Assembly (NCBI GenBank): GCA_951406725.2 | Contig: OX597815.1 | Coordinates: forward strand, 107,136,001-107,200,000 | Length of the DNA: 64,000 nt | Reading direction: 5' to 3' | DNA from: Octopus vulgaris | Lineage: Eukaryota | Part shown: piece after piece, positions 15,146-27,241 of the stretch | Layout of the letters: every line of letters begins with the position of its first letter | Numbering within the stretch: position 1 is the first letter of the stretch | Notes under the pieces: generated by a model | Seen by the model: the letters and a program-made list of their open reading frames with translations, nothing else | The model's database searches: none | What the model was told of the DNA's origin: nothing | Position numbers and translations under genes: made by a program

Positions 15146-18082
15146 GTAATGCTGTGTTTTGACGTTTTAATGTTTATAACGCTATTGGTTTCTTTCTTAC
15201 ATGAGGCACGAAGCCCGAGACATTTGAAGGAGGTGGGGGGTGTAGATTTGTTGTTATTGCTGTTTAGCTTCAGGACAGCCCTAATCGAGTAGAACTCTTA
15301 AAGATGTATATTATCAAAGGCGTTCTAGCCGTGAATATCTCGTCCAGTTTTTAAACCATGGACTATATTAACCAATGTATCCCTTTATATTCAAGATAAC
15401 AGGGTGTAATTTTAGAGACATTTTGTTTTTATTTCTAACAAGTTGAGCAAAATGCACAGAGAAGCTTCGAAAAGGCTTCCTAGTAGAGGTAATATCTAGC
15501 ATACATGCCTCTCTCAGAAGCATTATTTATGACGTAATTGTAGAAACGGTGAAGCGTTGCACTAAATGGCTTTACTGTATTTAAGTTTTGCCTCTCTATG
15601 TTCCATGTTTCAATCCTGCCAGTGTTAAACTAATTCCTTTTTCAACAATCGGGAATAATTACAAGTCATACTGAAGTTTCGATCGGGTCGACTCTAACCC
15701 TCCCTTACATATATATGCGTGGGCTTAAACCAATGTAAGCAATTGTTGTTGAAAATTGTTTATTTCGTGGGTACAAAATCAGAAATTAAATCGATTCCAG
15801 TACTTGATTGGTCTGGTACTTTATTTTATCAATCTTGGACGGATTATTTTAATCAAGATTATTTTATCAATCTTGGTGGGAGTGGGCAGAGAAATAAAAG
15901 ATAAAGTCGACCGCGCCAGGATTTGAACTCAGAACATAAAGGACTTACTTGTAACGCCTGCAGTTACGAAACATTAACGGCGATTTATTATTTCTGTAAG
16001 GGATCCTAGATGTGAATGGAATTCTATATTAGGAGACTAAGAATACCTCTCCCCCACGTCACACTTGCTTCCAGTACTTGACTGATACTAGGTTATCGAC
16101 CCCGTAATAATAAATAATACATTTTTTTTCTTGCTGATTTTTCTTTAGCTACAGTCGCCTAGTAATGATTCCCTGCTGCTTCTCTGGAAAGAGAGAACCC
16201 TACTTTATCAATCTATTTCATATTCTATATATTTCATATATTTATATAAAACTGTGTTTACATTGCATCACACACCACACTTCTATGTTTACACGTTAAT
16301 TTGCATAGCATCTCTGTGTACTTTATTATAATGTTCTATTTTTGTTGCTAAAGAAGAAATGTTTACCATTCGTAATATTCTCATCGTCGTCGTCGTTGTC
16401 TCTGTTACTGTTAATCATAATGATGCTGTTTCTGCTGTTCTTGGTTTTATCGTTGTTAACAATAATTAAAACAATGATGACCATTGCGATAATAGGTTTT
16501 GATCACATTCCATATAATAAAGCATAGTGCTAGCAATTCTGTTGTCATTTGTTTATTTATCTAGTTATCATTATCATCACCCTCATCGTCGCCATCATGT
16601 TTTTAATTTATGTTTATATATTGTACTTAAATATTTATAAATCTATATTATATATTTCTCCCTTTTTTTCTTAGTTTTAGGGTTGTTTTTCTTTCTCTTA
16701 TCCCCAATATTCCAGTCTTGTTGGACTAGTTAGAGTTGTGGGCATGGTCCCACCTACGCAAAAATAAATAAAACAGTGCTCGGTAGAAAAGAGCTAGGTT
16801 TTTGGTGAGGCTACCCCAACGTTTTCGAACCCCAATTATAGGTATTTTACATTGTTTCAATTATTCCTGTTATTTCAGAAAGGCCTGAAATTCAAATCTC
16901 GTAATTTCTAACAACATTTATGGTGTTATGTCGCTAGAAGAAACATAGTTTTGACATGAACCAAAGAGGGAGCCCCCACGTAGTCGCTCAATCTGCTAGA
17001 AATAGCAGCCATATCTCCTCTTCGATTAATACTCGACCGTCTTAAAGAAAGGGCTTGCATATCCATGATAATGTAGTTCTGGATACACTATGTCTCATAA
17101 TAATAAAGATTGGATAACCACTGCTTGAATGCTTTTAATCATAGCTGACCAGAAGCTAAACGACAACAACATACTCAGTATATTCCTGATAGAATAGTCG
17201 GTAGAGAATCGGAGTAGACGTTTCAAATTTTGCTTCGATTGCTTTTAATTCACCAGTCATCGATAAAATTAAGTTCACTAATATACTTTGGTTCAGAACG
17301 TTCAATTTCCATCAGCTAAAAAAAAATATGTATTCGCACCGTAGTTGTCATGATATATCTTCAGTATAGCCCTAATCGAACAACCTTATGAACAAAGGCG
17401 TTCCAGACTTGACAATCCGATTTTTTGTTTTGTATGTTCGGGAGGACGACATCGTCCGAAGAGTCCTTCCAGAGTAACACAGTAGAGATTTGGTTTCTAT
17501 TTCTTTTATATATCGAAGTCGAACGAATGCGTAAAACAGCGATTTCCTGTGTTAGGTTAGCGAAAACGAAGTCTTATATTTTGAAATATTTACAATATTT
17601 ATAAATTAGCCATTGGCATAAGGGTCGCAACGCAACATTTATTATAAACAAAAATTGGGAAACATTTCTCGAGAAAACTATCAAATGTAACATGCGCCCC
17701 ATTGGAATATACTTGAAAAAGGACTGCGGAGGATTATTGATTTACTAAAATGGATTATGATGGTAAAAGTTTGTTAGCCACTGGCGTAGAGTCGTGATCA
17801 TTACGAGAATAGCTGTAAGGCAAGTTGTCTTGGTGTATAGAATCTTCGACCTAGTTTCGGTTCTCAAAAGAAAGCAGCTTAAGATGACTTCGCTTCGTCT
17901 AATATCGATGGGACGGGACCCTACGACGTCATGTTAGTTCTCACTGTAATTATGAAATATTGTGAATTACCCACGAAACGAGATAAACTTAACTCAGAAC
18001 CCCAAGGGACGGGACACCAGTTTTTTTCCAGTGCTGTGCTTGCCATTGGTATAAATGGTACAGCTGAGTATATGTATGTATG

Positions 18083-18375
18083 AAGACCTAGTGGTTAGAG
18101 TGCTGCATTCACGATCACTAGATCGTGGGTTCGATTCCCGGACCTGGCAGTACATTGTGTTGTTGAGCAAAACACTTTTTTTTTTCACGTTGCTCGGTGG
18201 TCATTTTGATATCTGACGTGTTGCTCACTTGCGCACCTGTACAGGCAATGTCGATTTGACAGAAGTGAGTTAATGTACAACTCATACATTTGATCACAAT
18301 TAGCGATTCATTTGAGCAGGTCAATGAATAAAAACTGAACACTCATACGTCGTCTTTGACGGGTGGTTCCATCAT
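18083..18375 (+). mobile_element. tRNA-derived SINE, degenerate head
   Basis: CCTAGTGGTTAGAGTG (A-box-like) and GGTTCGATTCCCG (B-box), followed by TTGTGTTGTTGAGCAAAACACTT. Confidence 0.7.
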
Positions 18376-18591
18376 CGTATCTGTGTGTGTGTCAGCGCGC
18401 ACTGACACACGAATATATGGCTAAAGCGGAGATAATATCAATAAATTAAGGATTTTATCTTATATAGCACTCACTATACCTTTATTCTCCTTTGTTATCC
18501 AAATTCATACCAACAGCCACTCAGTTATTTCTCGTATATTGTTTTTGTTTTAATCACACACAATTTTAATTGAGGAAAACAGAAGTCAAAT

Positions 18592-18665
18592 TAATGCTAC
18601 GTACGTTTCGGTAAACGAACGATTCATGCAATAAATTTACTGTTCACTCACTTCTTCAGACTTTA
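18592..18665 (-). ncRNA. Minimal type I hammerhead ribozyme motif
   Basis: Minus strand: UAAAGU CUGAAGA A GUGAGUGAAC-loop-GUUCGUUUAC C GAAA C GUAC G UA GCAUUA. Stem II is 10 bp, loop 3 is the palindrome ACGUACGU, and stem I has one mismatch. Confidence 0.6.
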
Positions 18666-18769
18666 TAATTTGAATAATAATCTACTTATACGTATACTTA
18701 TATGTATAATTTGAATAATAATCTACTTATACGTATAAATGAGTGTATGTGTATACATGCATACTCTAA

Positions 18770-19340
18770 CAGGCAATTTTCATAATAGAATGCCATAGCA
18801 GACTTTCTGAATAGCACACCCTTATAAATTGGATTTTCTCCGTTTTGACGAGGATTTTTCAAATTCATTTTTTTCACCACACTCATGTAAATGATGGGAG
18901 ATGGAGGAAGCTTTTTATGAAACAATTTTTGAGAACTTATGTATCTCTCTCCCTCGCTTCCACTTTTTTCCGATTTTGTCCTGTTTTTTCCCCTCCCCAC
19001 ATTGCGTACTTAAAAACAATGGGAAAAGCCTTTTCGGTCAAAAAAATATTTTGAAGATTTATGAATTTTTCAAGCCCCCTCCCCCATTCAGTAAGGATTT
19101 GGAATTTCTTTTTTTGCACTACGCACTTTAAAACGGAGGGAGAAGCCTTCAAGGTTAAAAACAATTTTTTTTGGAAATTGACGATCATCATTACAATTCT
19201 TACTTCCTTTATTGTCAAACAGAAAAGGAAACCTAATTTAAAAGCAACACTGAAAATGTTTTCAAATTCTTCATTAATCCCGCCTACCCCCCATAAATCC
19301 TAAAATTTTGGGGCTTTTTACGAATCTTTTTTTAATTGTA
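18770..19340. repeat. Interspersed repeat, probably a non-autonomous DNA element
   Basis: 19055-19305 is homologous to 56890-57064 plus 58842-58932, where the copy is split by a MITE. Confidence 0.6.
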
Positions 19341-19878
19341 GTTTTAAAATACGGACCGTCCAAATCTGTTTCTATTTGTTTCTATTTGTTTTTCTAAATA
19401 ATTTTCAGACGAAAAGGTGTGTTATTTAAAGGACATTTAGCTTTTGTTTCTAGCACATTCCACGACCTCCTGATACCTTCCTCGTTTCTTTGTCACTCTG
19501 ACATGCATTAATGTTTTTCAATATTTTTATCACCATAAACACATTTGTGATTCAGTGGTCCATTGTTGAGATTTAAGCAACAACAAAAATGTTGTTATTT
19601 AAATCTTTAACCCCACCCCGCATTAAGTGAAAATTTTCAAATTTTCTATATTGATGCACTTTTTCCTGAATCCACTTCGTGATTCATTTATTCCAGAAAA
19701 ATTTTTAGAAAAATATTACAGAGGTTTAGAGTTTGATCATGTTTACCAAATCAGAAAACAGGATTTGGAACCAAGCATCTTGTGCGTGATAGCTGTGTAT
19801 CATAAAATGAAAGTAAGTAAACATTACAAGACAAAGTTTAAAACAAAATCAAAGTAATGTGTGATAATATGTATGCAC

Positions 19879-19913
<35 letters not shown>

Positions 19914-20161
19914 TCTAGGTCTGAAATTTTCAGCGGTTGTAAACATATGTCTAGGTAAATTTTAAAGAATTGGAAAACTCAGCAAATACCTGATTTTTCC
20001 AATCTTATAATTTAAGTTTAAGGAGGATAACTCTTTTATCTTTTTTTACTTTTTACTTTTCATTTTCCGCTTTTTAATCTTTCACATTTTCCATATGATT
20101 CCTTTTCAACTTTTCGCGTTTCTTTTCTCATTCAATTTTTAATTCGTTATAATACATGATT

Positions 20162-20217
20162 TGTGTCTGATGATATGTTTGAGGTATTTCTCAACATATG
20201 AAACTATTAGTAGCACA
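20162..20217 (+). ncRNA. Minimal type I hammerhead ribozyme motif
   Basis: UGUGU CUGAUGA UAUGUUUGAG GUAUUU CUCAACAUA U GAAA C UAUUA G UA GCACA. Full core, 5-bp stem I and a GUA cleavage triplet at 20210-20212. The base of stem II is non-canonical. Confidence 0.65.
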
Positions 20218-20310
20218 TAAAAACATGTATTGTGTCTATTAAATAATAGTTATCTCTCGCCAGATGGAGTACTTTCTTTTGTTGATCTTACCATCACGGA
20301 ACAGTACATC

Positions 20311-20344
<34 letters not shown>

Positions 20345-20696
20345 ATATACACACACACACGGTCATTTCCATGACCTCAGCGGTCTATTGGCGCAAATCA
20401 ATGCTGTTGACTATATTTTAGTTAAAGCTGTGGCCTTGATGAGGTATGTCCAGAGTTGTCTCCCTTAGGTATTTCCCATTGATAACGTCCAAAGAGCTAA
20501 AAAACATCGATGTCTGGGCATCCAACAGGAGGCGACACTGGACAGATATGGTGACTCTACACCTTTTTATCATAAGAGAGAATATTTATGCACGGTAGCG
20601 TAGTGAATTTGCTTTTAGCAGTTGAAATATGTCACAAATATATTTTAACTAACCTAAAGTCCGCTAATGTCTAAACACTGCTTGGCGTTGATATTA

Positions 20697-20755
<59 letters not shown>

Positions 20756-21354
20756 TTAAGTATAATCCCAAAGAGCAGCTATGCACCAAGACAAGCTGCA
20801 TAGCTAGTCACTGCTAAGTATTGTAACCGAATTGTTACGGCATTGAGGACTCGAGGAAAGGGTTTTCAATTAATTAATTCTAAAATGAAATAAAATGTTT
20901 TAAAGTTTATAAGTAGGCAACAATAATCATTGCTTGGCATGTTTTATCCTTATTTGTTGAAATATGTACATTTACTATAAAAAATAAAAACAATAGAATA
21001 TCTGTTTCCAAATGTAACGCTATTGCCAATTGCTGTAGAAAGAATCATATTCAATAAATTGAAAAAATTTTCTTTATCGTTTTAGCAATTTTTAATAGAT
21101 GAAAAAATTTTACATTTTTCCTGTTAAAGTTGTCCCGTTATAAAAGTGAGTTTCGTGTAATTTGTTCGCTGTCTCGCTAAAGAATCAGAAAACTGTTAAA
21201 GAACAAATAAAGAGTGAATGAGTGACAGTAGTAAAAGTAAAGTGTTTCTTTGTCACGTTTAACCGGGATGGAATGGACTGGGGTAAGTGTAACAAGGAGT
21301 GGCAGGTATTATTCACAGCTGTATTTTCATTCACACACATACGCGCGCGCATAC

Positions 21355-21516
21355 ACACACTTCACCCTCTCTCCGTTTATTTTCTCTATTCCTTTCTGTT
21401 GAAGAGCCTAAGCTCGGAACGTAAAATACTTTTTCATTTTTCCCGAGCGGCAAACCAATACACTTGCTTGTTGTTCATAGACCTGCCTTCGTCTTTTGTT
21501 TTCTATAAATTTCATA
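21355..21516 (+). mobile_element. Short Penelope-LTR-like element with degenerate HHR motif
   Basis: TTT CTGTTGA A GAGC CTAA GCTC GGAA CGTA AAA at 21393-21426. It is homologous to 30952-31133. Confidence 0.55.
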
Positions 21517-21599
21517 TACATACATATATATATATATTTTTTTTATTTTCTCTAGTTTCAGCTCAGAGCTGCGGCCATGCTGATGCACCGCCGTATATA

Positions 21600-21746
21600 A
21601 GAGTACAGCAGGGGTCGCCACCACCCTCTGCAGGAGCCTTGTAGTGCTTTTAGGTGTTTTCGCTCAATAAACACACACAACGCCCGGTCTGGGAATCGAA
21701 ACCGCGATCCTCCGACCGCTGCCCTAACCACTGGGCCATTGCGCCA

Positions 21747-21748
<2 letters not shown>
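21600..21748 (-). mobile_element. Truncated tRNA-derived SINE (family B)
   Basis: The head GGCGCAATGGCCCAGTGGTTAGGGCAGCGG matches the copy at 31466-31803. Confidence 0.8.
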
Positions 21749-21815
<67 letters not shown>

Positions 21816-21818
<3 letters not shown>

Positions 21819-22841
21819 CTTATTGTCCTGTATCTCTCCTTTTTTTTTGCCTGTCTTGTTCCTTGGTTTGTGTCTATGTTTTTCGTCTCTCTATGTGTTC
21901 GACGTCTTTTTGGTGTCCTGTACACATATATGCGTGTATATGTACATGTAGAGGTAGGTACGTACATATATGTTTATATATATGCATATATTTTATTAAC
22001 ATATTATACGACTAAACGCACGCACCCTATTAAGTAAGATTGTTCTGTTTATCAAGTTCGCCTTGATATTAACTCTCACGCGACTCTGCATCTTTCTTTC
22101 TTTCTCTCCCATTCCCTTTTTCGTCTTTTTTCCCTCACTTAACTTGTCTCTTCCTCTCTCTCTCCCCCTCACTGTTCTTCATGGTCTCCTCGCACCATTC
22201 CCCTTCTTCTCTCTCTTCCTCTTGCTCCTCCTCCCCCATTCCCGTCGTCCATCTGCGACGTTACTTCCGTCGTAACTGCTATCCTGTCCTTTCTCGCCCG
22301 CCTTCTAAGGCCACTGGTCGACATCTTCCTCTCTCGTCGTCCACTATAATCCAGCGTTTGCAATACTTTTTTCGTCTGGCGTTAACAGCCCTTCTTATCT
22401 TGTTCTCCTTGTCCTGTCTCTCACTGTTATATATTTATTTTTCCACTGTTTATATATATATTTTTTACTGTTTATATGTTTGTACTGTCGTTACCGTCTT
22501 GCTTTTTTTACCCCTCTGCGAAAAGATCTCAGAATTTTAATTGATTTGCTTTTCGCAGGAAGGAATTTTTCATTCGAAGTATACGTCTCGCTTTTATCCT
22601 TCGAAACGTTTAGTAGATGAAACTTTAGCGACTGAAGAAGGGGATTTTTCGTTGTGCTTATTGTCCTGTATCTCTCCTTTTTTTTGCCTGTCTTGTTCCT
22701 TGGTTTGTGTCTATGTTTTTCGTCTCTCTATGTGTTCGACGTCTTTTTGGTGTCCTGTACACATATATGCGTGTATATGTACATGTAGAGGTAGGTACGT
22801 ACATATATGTTTATATATATGCATATATTTTATTAACATAT
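21816..22841 (+). mobile_element. Non-autonomous Penelope-like element with ~188-bp terminal direct repeats in (TA)n
   Basis: 21816-22004 and 22654-22841 are near-identical direct repeats. Both outer ends abut (TA)n, and the interior is pyrimidine-rich. Confidence 0.65.
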
Positions 22842-23611
22842 ATATATATATATATATGTATGTTACAAATAAGAACATGGAAAAACACTAATGTGTTTCT
22901 CCATTTTCTTATTTGTTATATAAATTAATGGTAAAATATTTCTTTACCTTCACCCATTTAATACAATAAGTTTATTGTATTGCAATTAAAAACACTTGTG
23001 TATTAATAATTTGGGTATTATACCAACAGTACATTGGATAAGTATTATTCCTTAGTTGTATTTCCTGTATATACACACGCACACGTGGGCATTATCTTTC
23101 ACTTTTTTCACTCATTGGGCTGCAGCCATCTAGAGCACTACCTTGAAAGTTTTAACGGAACAAGTCGACTCCGGTACTTATTTTTAAAATCTGGTACTTA
23201 TTCTATCGTTCTTTTATGCTGAAGCGCTAAGTTACAGAGTTGTACATACATACATACATACATACATACATACATACATACATAATGTGTTTGCAGTGCC
23301 AGTACTTATACCAACATTTGGGCTGCTTGATTGGAAGCTCGATGAGATCCGAGCCATTGATGTGAAAACCCGAAAAATACTTACAAACACACATAATTTC
23401 CATATAAACTGTGACATAGACTGCTCTACCTAAAACGAAAACAAGGCGGTGAAATATATTTTACGGTTCCGTACAGCTACTGTTTACCTTTCACTCACAG
23501 ATTTAGAAAGCTTATTTCTCCTATTTCGAGATCAGCGACAGTTTGTTGCTGGAAAAAGCATATAATATTTTGCGAGTGGAATGAGTTTTCATCACTAGCT
23601 GGTGATTATCT

Positions 23612-23652
23612 CACACTGAAGATGGATAACTATTCAGAAACCCGAGTCTATG
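23612..23652 (+). ncRNA. Minimal type I hammerhead ribozyme motif
   Basis: CACA CUGAAGA UGGAUA AC UAUUCA GAAA C CCGA G UC UAUG. Full core, GUC triplet at 23646-23648, near-palindromic ACCCGAGU, and one mismatch in stem I. Confidence 0.6.
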
Positions 23653-23959
23653 TGTATCACGTAAGGCTAGAGATGGGAGCGATGACCTCCCCTCGCAAAT
23701 ACTAATCGGACACAAACTGTGTGTCGTTAGTCAGATGGAAGAGATGTCTTCCTGGGGCTAAAAACAACAGTAATATCGTTCTCTATGGGTCCGCCACATT
23801 TAGTTGGCAAATACGTTTTACGATTCCGTACTGTTGCTGTTTATCTTTCGCTCAGAGCTTTAATGTAGCTTATTTCTCCGTTTTCGAGATCAGCGATTAG
23901 TTAGCAAATATATTTTACGATATATATATATATATATATATATGCGAATTGAATTCAAC

Positions 23960-24240
23960 CGGTTTCAGTTCATGAGCTGTGGCCATGCTGGGGCACCACC
24001 ATTTACTGTTGCTATATAGCTTTTACTTCACTAATTCATTTTGGAAATTGACATTTGGTGCATGAGGGAACTTGATGCTGCTGCTCTCATTTGCACTTAC
24101 TGCTGTGAAGTTGGTTCATCTGGGACACTTGACAGTAAGAGATCTAATTTCGTTTTGAAGACACCTACATCCACTCCATGCAGGTCTCTCAGACCCTTCG
24201 GGAGGATATTGAAGAGCTGTGGTCCTTAAAAGCTCAGGCT
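23960..24240 (-). mobile_element. CR1/L2-like LINE 3' end
   Basis: The minus strand reads GPQLFNILPKGLRDLHGVDVGVFKTKLDLLLSSVPDEPT...RAAASSSLMHQ, then a 3' UTR ending GGTGCCCCAGCATGGCCACAG...CTGAAAC. Confidence 0.75.
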
Positions 24241-24249
24241 GTTGCAATA

Positions 24250-24680
24250 TCTTGCCCTATATTTTGATGGCAAGGATATCCACATATCATCATGAAAGAA
24301 AGAGAAAAAGTTGATAAATATGGAGACCTGAGAATTGAGATCGCTAAGATGTGGCAGCTACGAGAGTCGAACAAAAAGGTTATCCCTATTGTCATCGGAG
24401 CTTTGGGTTCAACACCACCCAATCTGACAAAAACATCTGAAAACCTTAGAGATACCCTACAATCTAGATGTATTGCAAAAGTCAGCATAGGTGGTGCTCC
24501 AGCATGGCCACAGTCAAATGACTAAAACAAGTAAGAGAGTATTACTTGGAACTACACGCATATTGCGTAAAGTACTGTCTGTCTGGGGTCCTTGTTGTGA
24601 CTTGACAAACAGTACAAACCCCCCGGTAGACACAATATCTTCAATCAACAACCTCACGATATTGCATACTGTGCAACATC
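24250..24680 (+). mobile_element. R4/Dong-like (RLE) non-LTR retrotransposon 3' fragment ending in (TAA)n
   Basis: KEREKVDKYGDLRIEIAKMWQL...KVIPIVIGALG and VLLGTTRILRKVL are restriction-like endonuclease C-terminal motifs. A SINE-tail piece interrupts it at about 24490-24540. Confidence 0.8.
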
Positions 24681-24713
24681 TATAATAATAATAATAATAA
24701 TAATAATTATAAT

Positions 24714-24935
24714 TTGGAGTATGTGACCGTAAAAGTCGTGCCTATAATAATTGGTGTGTTAGGAATAGGAAGCAAAGATATAGACAAATGGCTGAAGGAG
24801 ACTGGAATAGAATGCCCAGTAGAGCTCCTACAGAAAGTTTGTCTCTTAGGGACAGCAAAGATAATCAAGAGGATTCTAAGCACTCGAAAGGTTACTGAAA
24901 ACTTGTGGAATAAGACCGAACCTGAGTCAAACCAA
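24714..24935 (+). mobile_element. Second R4/Dong-like 3' fragment
   Basis: VKVVPIIIGVLG...LQKVCLLGTAKIIKRIL, flanked by TAA repeats on both sides. Confidence 0.75.
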
Positions 24936-25394
24936 TAATAATGATAATAATGATTTAAAATTTTGGCACAAGGTCAACAATTTCGCGGGTGGGGGATAAG
25001 TTGATTAGATCAACCCCAACTGGTACTTATCTTTATCGACCCCGAAAGGATGAAAAGTAAAGTCATCTTCCGTGGAATTTGAACTCAGAACTTATTCTCA
25101 TAATTATGACTTCCCTTTTCCCCACCTAATGATGATTATATATATGATTGATTCTAGAGTAGATTTACATAAACACCCCCACACACACACACTCATCACT
25201 CGTATAATTACTTTCTTTTTTTTTCTTTTTGTTGTTTTTTTATACATAAAATAGATTTTATGTTTTTATTCATTAATTTCTTATCGTTGTTGGGAAATAG
25301 CATTTTTATGCACGTCATCGTCGTCGTTTTCATCAGCATCATCATCATTGGTGTTGCCGTCGACATAATTACCACATTTGTCATTCTTAGTCGT

Positions 25395-25570
25395 CTGGCA
25401 GAATCGTTATCACGCCGGGAAAAATGCTTAGCGGCCTTTCGTCCGTCCTTAGGTTCTGAGTTCAAATTCTGTCGAGGTTGAGGTCGACTTTGCCTTTCAT
25501 CTTTTGGGGTCGATGAAATAAGTAGCAGTTACGCCACCCAAATTTTAGACCTTGTCCTATAGTAGAAAAG
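25395..25570 (+). mobile_element. SINE with Nin-like central domain (family C)
   Basis: GTTCAAATTC...GTCGACTTTGCCTTTCATCTTTTGGGGTCGATGAAATAAGT. Further copies lie at about 15770-15940 (-), 24960-25090 (-), 28610-28745 (-), 35785-35985, 39115-39525 and 43740-43945 (-). Confidence 0.7.
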
Positions 25571-25605
25571 ATTCTTCTTCTTCTTCTTCTTCTTCTTCTT
25601 CTTCT

Positions 25606-27135
25606 CTCTAAAGTGGAAACGATCAGCACCATCCTAAAGGACTAAAATCAACGTCGACAAATCGTTGAGATTGTGGTTGGGCTCCTGGAGACGCAGGACC
25701 GACGGACCAGTTAAACTGCTCGGGGTCTAGTTTGGTCCCGACCTCCAGGATGATAAAAACTGGGACGAGGTGGCGAACAGGGTGGCCAGTTGCCCAGAAA
25801 TGGGCTGGTGGGAAGCTGTCTCTGAATGGTCTTGCAGAGGTAGCGAATACCTATATCGCCTCCGTTATCATTTATCGCCTGACCGTCGTGCCTTGTCCTG
25901 GTTACTGCTTGACCAGGTTGGAACGTCTCTTATTTAAATTCTTGTGGAATTTCAATGTTCAGGCGGTCAATCTGTTGCCAGCATCTTCTGAGTGGCGGAC
26001 TGGGTATTCCGTGGCTCCTAATGCGTAGACATTCTCTTAGGTTAAGGCACCTGCAACGATTTCTGGACGGTGAGCGTATGTGGGCTCCGTTTGTGAGGAT
26101 CATCTTTCCGCAGCTCGTCTCCTTGATGGAATTGCAGTCCTGGGTGAAGAAAAGACAAAGACTGGGCACCTGGCACTTAGAATGTCGTTAGATACTTACA
26201 GCCCTCTGTCAATCGGGAAATGGGACCAGTGAATGTTCCGCTTTAGAAATCTATAGAGGATTAGTGGCGGAGAAGTGCGACAACGTTATCAGGGAGGTTC
26301 TGGGCGTCGACAAAAATAAACTGGCTAGTCTGTTCCGGAGGACTTTCCGGTTGGGAACTATTATGGCTAATTTCCAAATGTCTTTGGCCTGGCAGTGCTA
26401 TCGGGGGCGCTACCGGTTCGAGATAAACTCTACAGGCACGGATGTGCTGTCAGACGGGCTTGTTCGAGGTGCGCGTAGAGTGACGAAACCGTTCTGCACG
26501 CGCTCGTTCAGTGTCCGGACATTACTGATTTGTGGGGTTATGTCGAACAGCTGCTATCACGTGTGTGTGTGTGGGGGGGGGTCGGTTTATCAGCCGAGTC
26601 TGTAGTGATGATTGCCCCGCTGCCCTCCTTCAATTGTGCAGGCAAGGCAATTTTCCTTTGTCTAGTAGCTGTGGCGAAAGAGGTTTGGTGGACAAGGCTG
26701 AAAGGCATGAGGACAGATACATTTATCTTTTGTAGGACTCACATTGACTTCTTCAAGTTTCACTTGAAAAGGAAACTGAGGGTGAAGAGGGAAGTGCTGT
26801 CCTCGAGTGAGTTTATTGAAAGGTGGGGGAAAGTTGTGACAAAGCCAAAAGTGGATGGTACTTCTCTAAGTGTAGACCTGTGAGTCGGAGAGAAGGGATT
26901 CGAGGGGGAACTTGCTCTTGGTGTTCAGGGAAATCTCGGACAGTGGGGTTCCTCGACTATCCCTAGAGGTCATCATGTATCAGGAGCTAAAACTCTATCA
27001 TCCTCCCTCCACTTTTTAAAACCTTTGTATATTCTACGTATACGTCCCTTTCTTTTCATTGTAAACTGTGTATACTTACCTTTTTTTTTCACTATATGTA
27101 AACTGCCACACTTTATGTCTGTCTTTGTGTTGTCC
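25606..27135 (+). mobile_element. 5'-truncated Tx1/L1-clade LINE ORF2 pseudogene with 3' UTR
   Basis: KWAGGKLSLNGLAEVANTYIASVIIYRLTVVPCP..LERLLFKFLW and CQHLLSGGLGIPWL, a C-terminal CxxC...ETVLHALVQC zinc knuckle at about 26460-26515, and frameshifts and stops. It starts right after (CTT)n. Confidence 0.85.
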
Positions 27136-27183
27136 ACCTCATCCTTCGCTCCAAATTGCTACCCTTGTGGCAAAATTTGAAAC

Positions 27184-27241
<58 letters not shown>

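Noticed and set aside
14629-15162. 177-aa ORF with a plausible-looking N-terminus
   Set aside because: It has a non-ATG start, is mostly trinucleotide microsatellite and shows no domain. It overlaps the likely minus-strand promoter.
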